Part shown: positions 57,181 to 64,000 of the stretch, piece by piece
Layout of the letters: each line of letters begins with the position of its first letter
Numbering within the stretch: position 1 is the first letter of the stretch
Source of the DNA: Candidatus Aenigmatarchaeota archaeon
GTDB taxonomy: Archaea; Aenigmatarchaeota; Aenigmatarchaeia; CG10238-14; SCSR01
NCBI GenBank assembly: GCA_016213525.1
Contig: JACRAE010000005.1
Span: 17,405 to 81,404 of the forward strand
Direction of reading: 5' to 3'
Length of the DNA: 64,000 nt
Program-made: the position numbers and the translations under genes
Notes under the pieces: generated by a model
What the model saw: only the letters and a program-made list of their open reading frames with translations
What the model was told of the DNA's origin: nothing
Databases searched by the model: none

Positions 57181-57774
57181 ATGAAGGTCGTCGTGGCTGC
57201 GCTCCCGGGTTCTGGAAAGACGACACTCATGAAGATGCTCCAGGAAAGGATGCCCAACATAGTAATTGTGAACGTCGGCAGCGCCATCGCGAAGATGGCG
57301 ATGAAGGAGCTGAAGATAAAGAGCCGCGACGAGCTCAGGAAGGTCCTTACCGTCAGACAGCAGAGGCACTTTCAGGAGGCAGTGGCGAGGAAGATAGCAA
57401 GGATGGGCGCGAGGGACGTTGTCATAGACACCCATACGGCCGTGAAGACCCCGTACGGCTTCTTCCCGGGCATGAGCGAGACCCCCGTTCACATCGTGAA
57501 GCCGGACGCGATAGTCGTCCTGGAGTTCAGCCCGAGGGACATAATCGAGAGGAGGAGGAAGGACAAGACGAGGAAGAGGGACGACGACACAGAGCAGCTG
57601 CTTGAGGAGCACCAGGACGCCAGCCGGTACTTCGCATTCGGGGCGGGCCAGCACGCGGACGCAGTTGTGAAAGTAATCAACCTGAGGTACAGGCAGAGGA
57701 GGCCGTTTGAGCACACAATGAGGGCGGCTGACGAAATAGTTAAATTGTTCGAGAACCAAGGGAAATCATCATGA
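57181..57774 (+). CDS. adkA: archaeal adenylate kinase
   Basis: LPGSGKTT, SRDELRK, IDTHTAVKTPYGFFPG. Confidence 0.92.
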   Translation: MKVVVAALPGSGKTTLMKMLQERMPNIVIVNVGSAIAKMAMKELKIKSRDELRKVLTVRQQRHFQEAVARKIARMGARDVVIDTHTAVKTPYGFFPGMSETPVHIVKPDAIVVLEFSPRDIIERRRKDKTRKRDDDTEQLLEEHQDASRYFAFGAGQHADAVVKVINLRYRQRRPFEHTMRAADEIVKLFENQGKSS

Positions 57775-58319
57775 TAGAGAAGACGCTAGTTGTGCTGAAG
57801 CCCGACGCCGTGAAGGCGGGACTGGAGAGGCAGATAATATCCAGATACCAGAAGGCCGGCCTGCACGTTGTCAAGAGGAAGGAAGTGATTCCGGACAGGA
57901 AGCTAGCGGACAACCACTACGCCGCGACGGAGCCGCAGATAGTCGGCATGGGTCACAAGACCCTCTCATCCGCGAAGGAACTCGGCAAGTTCGAGGAGAT
58001 GGTCGAGCTGTTCGGCACCGACGATCCGAGGAAGATAGGGGAGGAGCTGAGGGAATGGTCCCTCCAGTTCATATCATCCGGCAAGGTAGTTGCTTTCATT
58101 TTGGAGGGCGAGGATGCCATAAAGACGGTCAGGAGGATAACAGGCTTCACGGACCCGACCAAGGCGGACGCGGGCACGATACGCGCCGACATGAGCAAGG
58201 ACTCCATATCCAAGGCGAACTTCGAGAGGCGCGCTTGCGAGAACCTCGTGCACGCCTCCGGCGACCCAGAGGAGGCCAAGAGGGAGATAGCTCTCTGGTT
58301 CGGAATGGAAGAAGTATGA
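57771..58319 (+). CDS. ndk: nucleoside-diphosphate kinase
   Basis: TLVVLKPDAV, GTIRAD, NLVHASG. Confidence 0.93.
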   Translation: MIEKTLVVLKPDAVKAGLERQIISRYQKAGLHVVKRKEVIPDRKLADNHYAATEPQIVGMGHKTLSSAKELGKFEEMVELFGTDDPRKIGEELREWSLQFISSGKVVAFILEGEDAIKTVRRITGFTDPTKADAGTIRADMSKDSISKANFERRACENLVHASGDPEEAKREIALWFGMEEV

Positions 58320-58465
58320 GCCTCGACGAGGATTTTGTAAGGAAGAAGCTGAAGAAACTAAGGGACAGGTTCCCAGGCATGGACATAGATCAGGTCGAAC
58401 GCGAGCTCTTCCCGCTCAAGGATGAGATGCACGTCAAGGTAGGCAAGAAGAAGAAAGACGACTAG
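58316..58465 (+). CDS. small hypothetical protein
   Basis: 49-aa ORF overlapping ndk stop (ATGA). Confidence 0.55.
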   Translation: MSLDEDFVRKKLKKLRDRFPGMDIDQVERELFPLKDEMHVKVGKKKKDD

Positions 58466-58475
58466 CTGATTTTTC

Positions 58476-59393
58476 TTACTCTCTCTGCAGGAGGCTGGAA
58501 TAGACTATCGGCAGCAGCACAGTGGCATCGCCGTCGATGTGAGAGTACTTGGCCTCGGGCTTTATCTTGCCCCAGCTGACGGCCTCCTTAAGCCTCGCGC
58601 CGCTCATGCTGCCGTCGTACTCAACGGCTGTCGAGATGTAGACCGCATAGTCGAGGCCGTGCTTGAACTGGTTCCACCATATCACGTGGTGCTTCGATAT
58701 CCCGCCGCCGATCATCAGGGCGCCCGACCTCTTGGCGTTCCAGACCATGTCCGACAGGAGCTTCTCGTCCTTCAGCAGATTGATGCGGAACTCCTTGTCC
58801 TGGGCGAACTGCCATATCTGGTAGCCGACGCTGCCGTCAGTTATGCCCGGCACTATCACCGGTATTTTGTTCTTCCAGCACCAGTACAAAATAGAGTCTT
58901 CGTCGAGCCTCTTGCCGATCTCCCAGCACAGCTCGTGAGTCGATATCTCCTTCCTCTCGTTCTGTATGTCGCGAAGCCAGTCCATCATCTTCTCCTCGAT
59001 TATGGTCCCGTACGAGTCGTTCGGGATGAAGACGTTCCCCAACCTGTTGATTCCCTCTTTCGCCAGCTCCGCGTCGTCCGCCTGGAACGTGCCCTCGTAG
59101 TAGTCCTTGAAGCAGCGGGCTATGTCGTGGTCCAGCGTGCCGCATGTCGTGAGGACGACGTCGAACATGTTGTTCTTCAGCATGTCCTTCAGCACGCCCC
59201 TCGTACCGGTTGCGACTATATCGGCCGTGAACGAGAGAAAATTGAGGGAGTTCGCGTCCTTCATCATGCTCTCCAGGACGTCTATACCGATGGCGAGGTG
59301 CTTCGAGCTGAATCCGCCTCCGTCCTTCATACCCTGAATTATCTGGTCCACGCTGGTGGACTTCGTTATCTTCAGGTCCTTCACAGGTTCCAT
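58476..59393 (-). CDS. dys: deoxyhypusine synthase
   Basis: INRLGNVF, GGGISKHH, DGSMSGA..EAVSWGK. Confidence 0.95.
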   Translation of the reverse strand: MEPVKDLKITKSTSVDQIIQGMKDGGGFSSKHLAIGIDVLESMMKDANSLNFLSFTADIVATGTRGVLKDMLKNNMFDVVLTTCGTLDHDIARCFKDYYEGTFQADDAELAKEGINRLGNVFIPNDSYGTIIEEKMMDWLRDIQNERKEISTHELCWEIGKRLDEDSILYWCWKNKIPVIVPGITDGSVGYQIWQFAQDKEFRINLLKDEKLLSDMVWNAKRSGALMIGGGISKHHVIWWNQFKHGLDYAVYISTAVEYDGSMSGARLKEAVSWGKIKPEAKYSHIDGDATVLLPIVYSSLLQRE

Positions 59394-59474
59394 AGAGATT
59401 CTTGCCCCGCGGATGTATTTAAAACAACACGTGCTTTTCTAATCTTTAATTTTCCCACACGACAAGCTAATGGT

Positions 59475-61145
59475 ATGACCAAGGACGTTTTGGCCGCCCT
59501 GAAGACGGCCGGAGTGAAGGCAGAGGCTTCCCAGCTTGAGAAGCCCCCACAGCCGGAATTCGGAGAGGCGAGCTTCCCCTGCTTCCCGCTGGCGAAGGTC
59601 TACAAAAAAAATCCAGTCCAAATAGCGCAGGAGATAGCCGCGAAGATCAGGGTACCGAAGGGCTCGATGGTGTCGAAGGTCGAGGCGAGGGGAGGGTACG
59701 TGAACTTCCATTACGATTATAGAAAGTTCGCTGCGTCGGTCCTGTCTGGGACGAAGAAGACGAAGAAGAAAGTGGGAAGAGTGATGATCGAATACTCTCA
59801 ACCCAACCCAGTCCACCCGATGCACATAGGACATGCGAGGAACACGTTGCTCGGTGATTCGCTCGCGAACATATTGGAGCACGCGGGCAACAAAGTGACA
59901 CGCGCGAACTACATGAACAACGTCGGGCTGCAGGTGGCGAAGCTCGTGGCCGCGTACGACATGTGGGGCGAGGGCAGGGAGCCCGAGGGCAAGCCGGATG
60001 CGTGGCTCTGGAAGTTCTACATAAGGTTCCACGAGGAGGCGCAGGTGAATCCAAAGTTGGAGGCGGAGGCGAGGAGGCTGCTACTGAAATACGAGGTCGA
60101 GAGGGACAAATCTACTGTTAAGAGATGGGACAGGATAGTCGGCTGGTGCATCGATGGATTCAAGGAGACGTACAAAAGGCTCGGCGTGGACTTCGACGTC
60201 TACTTCTACGAGATAGACTACCGAGCGCCGGGGAGGGAGATTGTGAAGAAGGCGGTTAAGAAGAACATAGCCGCGAAGACCGACGAGGGCGCAGTCTTCT
60301 GCGACCTGACGAGCCACGGCATTCCAGGTACGATAATCCAGAGGTCAGACGGTACAGGTCTCTACATAACGAGCGACCTAGGGCTCTCGGTGCACAAGTT
60401 CGAGAAGTACAAGCTCGACAGGTCCATCTGGGTGACGGCATCGGACCAGGACGCGCACTTCCAGCAGCTGTTCAAGATTTTGGAGGTCATGGGATACAGG
60501 TTCCACGACAGGTGCCAGCACTTTTCCTACGGTCTCGTCGACCTGCCGGAGGGCAAGATGTCCTCGAGGCAGGGCAGGGCGGTGATGCTCGACGATGTTA
60601 TGGACGAGATGGTCGCGCTCGCAGACGCCGAGGTTTCGAAGAGGAACCCGGGCATGTCGGCTAGAGATAGGAAGAAGATATCGGGACAGATAGCGATTGG
60701 CGCCCTGAAGTATGCCATGGTGAGAATAGAGCCGAGGATGAACATGACCTTCGACTGGGACCAGATGATGGGCCTCGAGGGGAACACCGGTCCCTACCTC
60801 CAGTACGCGCACACGAGGTGCGTCGGCATACTGCGGAAGTCCGGGAAGTTCGTCAAGGCGACCTCTTATGCGGACATCAACGAATACGAGAAGGCCCTGA
60901 TAAGGAAGTTGTCGGAGTTCGACCACGTCGTGGAATCCGCGGCGAGGGAGAGCAGACCGAGCATGGTGTGCAATTATGGGTTCGAGCTTGCCACCGTCTT
61001 CAACTCCTTCTACCACAACTCCCAGGTCATAGGACTTTCAGATCCGAAGCAGACGAACTTCAGGATCGCGTTGGTGAAACAGACAAAAGACACACTGGGT
61101 AAGGTGTTCGGTCTGGTGGGTATGGAAGCGCCCGAGAAAATGTAG
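59475..61145 (+). CDS. argS: arginine--tRNA ligase
   Basis: EYSQPNP..MHIGH, RSDGTGLY, KMSSR, GNTGPYLQYAHTR. Confidence 0.96.
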   Translation: MTKDVLAALKTAGVKAEASQLEKPPQPEFGEASFPCFPLAKVYKKNPVQIAQEIAAKIRVPKGSMVSKVEARGGYVNFHYDYRKFAASVLSGTKKTKKKVGRVMIEYSQPNPVHPMHIGHARNTLLGDSLANILEHAGNKVTRANYMNNVGLQVAKLVAAYDMWGEGREPEGKPDAWLWKFYIRFHEEAQVNPKLEAEARRLLLKYEVERDKSTVKRWDRIVGWCIDGFKETYKRLGVDFDVYFYEIDYRAPGREIVKKAVKKNIAAKTDEGAVFCDLTSHGIPGTIIQRSDGTGLYITSDLGLSVHKFEKYKLDRSIWVTASDQDAHFQQLFKILEVMGYRFHDRCQHFSYGLVDLPEGKMSSRQGRAVMLDDVMDEMVALADAEVSKRNPGMSARDRKKISGQIAIGALKYAMVRIEPRMNMTFDWDQMMGLEGNTGPYLQYAHTRCVGILRKSGKFVKATSYADINEYEKALIRKLSEFDHVVESAARESRPSMVCNYGFELATVFNSFYHNSQVIGLSDPKQTNFRIALVKQTKDTLGKVFGLVGMEAPEKM

Positions 61146-61155
61146 CTTCAAGACC

Positions 61156-61521
61156 TCACCCATACCGCTGGGAATTCTCAGACTTGACGATTGCAGACGA
61201 TATTTCATCGAGGGCCCCGTTGAATGAATTTATGTCGGCGTATGCCACGGTCTGGAGGGTGTCGTAGATTATCCTGGACATGAATATACCTCCACCGCTC
61301 CTCATCAGATTGAATTTGTTGTAGTTTTTGAGACCCCTCAGATAATCATTCATGGATTCAATTTCCTTATTTTCCGATTCAGATTTTGTATAAGTATCTG
61401 GGAGCGTCAGGTCTACGGTAAGGCTCCTTCCCGGATTCTCCATTATGTATCTGGTGAAATCATTCAGGCTCTCCTGGTAGCTCCTTATTGCACCAACATT
61501 CTCCGAACCGATGGTCATCAT
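61156..61521 (-). CDS. hypothetical protein
   Basis: 121-aa ORF. Confidence 0.6.
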   Translation of the reverse strand: MMTIGSENVGAIRSYQESLNDFTRYIMENPGRSLTVDLTLPDTYTKSESENKEIESMNDYLRGLKNYNKFNLMRSGGGIFMSRIIYDTLQTVAYADINSFNGALDEISSAIVKSENSQRYG

Positions 61522-61659
61522 AAAATCTTCATCGGCGGTTGGGTGTATATAAAAAATCTAAAATAATTTGTTTAACGGTAAAATTTTTCCGATGAAACGG
61601 GGCTTATTCTGGGAGAACGATACAAAAAGTATTTATAATACTAAATATTGAGTCATAAC

Positions 61660-62577
61660 ATGACGTACTTTGTAGAGGAGACGGAGGACGGCCAGAAGGT
61701 GTTCAAGACGACGGTCGTTGACTCGAGGAAGGCGGGAGTTCTGGGCTCGGACCTGTCCTTGAGGGTCCTTATCGAGCTGTCGAAGAAGCCGCAGTGCGCC
61801 ATGGACGTCGCCAGGAGGCTGAAGGAGCATGAGCAGAAGATTTACTACCACGTTAGGAGGCTCGAAGGCGCCGGGATAGTGAAGCTCATAGGGAGGGAGA
61901 AGAGGGTCGGGTCCTTCGCCAAAATATATTCGGTGACATCTCCGTACATGACGGTGAAGCTGTTCGAAGGCGACCACGTGAGCGACCTGAAGACCAAGCC
62001 GGCCCACGTGGACTTCTTCAGAGGCTTCATCAAAGACGGCAGGCTGAACGCGACCATAGTCGTTGGGTCGCCCGAGCCCCACGGCAAGTACGGGGCGCAG
62101 GCGTATGACGCGCCGGCGGCCATAGACCTGGCTCTGATGCTCGGGACCTTCGTGAAGGACGCGTCGCCGAACTACAAGCTAGACACGGAGATGAGGGACG
62201 AAGACATGGGGCAGAATCTTATTTTGATAGGCGGCCCAAAGGCCAACATAATCATAGACAGAATAAACGCGAGCCTTCCGGTGTATTTCGACACGAGGAA
62301 GGACTTCAACATAGTGTCGAAGATGTCCGGTTCCGTATATTCTGTAGATCACGTCGGAATGGTTGTGAAGATGAGGAATCCATATGATGCGAAGAAGGAG
62401 ATATTGGTCCTGTCCGGGAAGCACTTCAACGGCACCAAGGCGGCCGTGGTGGCAATGATGAGGCACATGCGCAAGCTGAACGACGTGACTAGCAAGGACG
62501 GGTCGGTCGCAAGGGTCGTCCGGGGTATAGACAGGAACTCAGATGGCAAGATAGATGACGTCGAGTTCCTTGAGTAG
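61660..62577 (+). CDS. ArsR-like HTH transcriptional regulator with C-terminal S-layer-like domain
   Basis: HTH (MDVARRLKEHEQKIYYHVRRL), NLILIGGPKAN. Confidence 0.8.
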   Translation: MTYFVEETEDGQKVFKTTVVDSRKAGVLGSDLSLRVLIELSKKPQCAMDVARRLKEHEQKIYYHVRRLEGAGIVKLIGREKRVGSFAKIYSVTSPYMTVKLFEGDHVSDLKTKPAHVDFFRGFIKDGRLNATIVVGSPEPHGKYGAQAYDAPAAIDLALMLGTFVKDASPNYKLDTEMRDEDMGQNLILIGGPKANIIIDRINASLPVYFDTRKDFNIVSKMSGSVYSVDHVGMVVKMRNPYDAKKEILVLSGKHFNGTKAAVVAMMRHMRKLNDVTSKDGSVARVVRGIDRNSDGKIDDVEFLE

Positions 62578-62604
62578 CTTATTTAAATTAAAAATATCAA
62601 TTCC

Positions 62605-62916
62605 TTGAGAAGCGATGCTCTGATGGATTTCGATAAGGCGACCCCTAAAGGCTGCAATGTGACCAGGGAGAAATATGAGGATCTAGTCGATAGGCACATA
62701 GAGGAGATGAACATGAGAAGTCGTATAGACTCTTACGACGCCATAGAGGAGTGCGCCGAGTTTCTGAGCCCGTACGTTAGCAGTTACGAGCTACGTTCCA
62801 GATCCAGATCGCCGACCAGGGGCAACTTGGAAACCCTTAATTACTTTCAGATTACGCGCGCCCCTATGGGATTCTGTGCCGTGATGCCTGTCAAAAAAAG
62901 AGAATACAAATTCTGA
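62605..62916 (+). CDS. hypothetical protein
   Basis: ORF of about 100 aa; start uncertain. Confidence 0.45.
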   Translation: MRSDALMDFDKATPKGCNVTREKYEDLVDRHIEEMNMRSRIDSYDAIEECAEFLSPYVSSYELRSRSRSPTRGNLETLNYFQITRAPMGFCAVMPVKKREYKF

Positions 62917-62919
62917 AAA

Positions 62920-63051
62920 CTAGTTTATGCCCAGAATCTTATCGCAAACGGCGCAGGACACTATCTCGACGTCGTTCACCTGCGTGAGCCTCTTAATGCG
63001 CACGTCCTTCTCGGCATTTATCGTGGACCCGCAGTGCGGACAGATTGCCAT
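62920..63051 (-). CDS. 43-aa zinc-ribbon microprotein
   Basis: MAICPHCG...SCAVCDKILGIN; manual translation. Confidence 0.7.
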   Translation of the reverse strand: MAICPHCGSTINAEKDVRIKRLTQVNDVEIVSCAVCDKILGIN

Positions 63052-63103
63052 GAGGAATAAATCGCGGCAGCATTATTTAAGGATAAAATTTGGATGATGG
63101 TTT

Positions 63104-63739
63104 ATGTCAATCAGGGAGCTCAGCGTGCCGATGGAGGACGAGTTCAGCAAACAGCCCTATGGGTTCAAGGTTCAGGTGCTTCCTTTTCCTGCGGTCAAGT
63201 CCAATTATGTGGCGGTTTTTTCTCTGGGAAGGGATGACATCTACGAATATTTCGGGGCAAGGAAATCGGACATAGAATCCTTCAAGTATGTGAACGGACT
63301 GACGGACGTCAAACGTCCGGTTTTGTCGGAGCCTAGATTTATGGGAGGCAACGCATACGCCGACGTAATGTCCTTCAGCAGGCCAAAGTCCCATAAGGTG
63401 GTCGGACCTTACGTAAGAAGCCGAGGAGACACAGGATCCTTGTTGAGCGGCCATTATTCTTGCACTTGCGAGGCGGGGGACAACACGAGGCACGAGGTCA
63501 ATTTGAAGGGGTGTGCACACATGGTGTCGTTGATTGACAGCATGAGCCTCAGTAGAGGCACCCATCACATGGGGTTCGCTTCCGACGACATGAACAGGGC
63601 AGTTACCTGGGTCATACGTAAGTACGCGCGAGACAAGAAAAAAATAGATTCCGCGAGCTTCTACAGACTGTTTCCGAATTATCCTGACAAGCTGAAGAAG
63701 ATAGTGAGGGACAATTTCCTTCCGACTAAAACAACCTAA
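63104..63739 (+). CDS. SWIM-type zinc finger protein
   Basis: YSCTC...GCAH. Confidence 0.65.
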   Translation: MSIRELSVPMEDEFSKQPYGFKVQVLPFPAVKSNYVAVFSLGRDDIYEYFGARKSDIESFKYVNGLTDVKRPVLSEPRFMGGNAYADVMSFSRPKSHKVVGPYVRSRGDTGSLLSGHYSCTCEAGDNTRHEVNLKGCAHMVSLIDSMSLSRGTHHMGFASDDMNRAVTWVIRKYARDKKKIDSASFYRLFPNYPDKLKKIVRDNFLPTKTT

Positions 63740-63993
63740 ATCTCTTCGCCCTTCTCTTGCACCCAGTTCTCTATTGCCTTGCCCAAATTTACGACGGTGT
63801 GCTGACCGTTCGGCATCTTGCGTTTAATCGTCATGGGCATCAAGCCATTCCTGAACTCTGCCTTCGCTATCTCAAAGGATGTGGTCTCAGTTGTCTTCGC
63901 GAGGACTGGAGCGCCCAGCGAGACCTGAAGGGACCTGGCGCCTATCAGCCTGGCCGCCTCGAATCTTGTAAGTTTGTCGTTTGGCCAATTCAT
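63736..63993 (-). CDS. rpoK: DNA-directed RNA polymerase subunit K (Rpo6)
   Basis: LTRFEAARLIGARSLQVSLGAP. Confidence 0.95.
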   Translation of the reverse strand: MNWPNDKLTRFEAARLIGARSLQVSLGAPVLAKTTETTSFEIAKAEFRNGLMPMTIKRKMPNGQHTVVNLGKAIENWVQEKGEEI

Positions 63994-64000
63994 AAAAATC

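Noticed and set aside
58539..59474. N-terminal extensions of the argS ORF (also the HD and phosphoesterase ORFs)
   Set aside because: They overlap real neighbouring genes; true starts lie downstream

Overview
Chromosomal segment of an archaeon. Markers include histone, TFB, aIF5A, GatD/GatE, Rpo6/K, Cdc48, and archaeal 16S/23S rRNA with bulge-helix-bulge (BHB) processing stems. The unlinked rRNA genes and many orphan genes suggest a DPANN-type lineage (inference). Most of the window is housekeeping and hypothetical genes, plus four tRNAs (Ser, Ala, His, intron-containing Met). 16S (52979-54526) and 23S (about 40888-44372) lie on the minus strand about 8.6 kb apart. They carry three BHB-type introns and one non-BHB 113-nt insertion. 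The main discovery is a set of box C/D-like guide RNAs embedded in the pre-rRNAs, in the 16S intron, a 23S intron and both leaders, with guides complementary to the same organism's rRNAs. By the D+5 rule, two guides point at conserved 2'-O-methyl sites: 23S U2552 and 16S G1051 (equivalent to yeast 18S Gm1271). Other oddities are a heavily substituted peptidyl-transferase centre, a Cdc48 with a ~320-aa insertion and a near-identical D1/D2 DNA repeat, an archaeosortase-like protein with Ser in place of Cys, a tandem MNT-HEPN pair, and several zinc-finger microproteins. E. coli rRNA numbering is from manual alignment.
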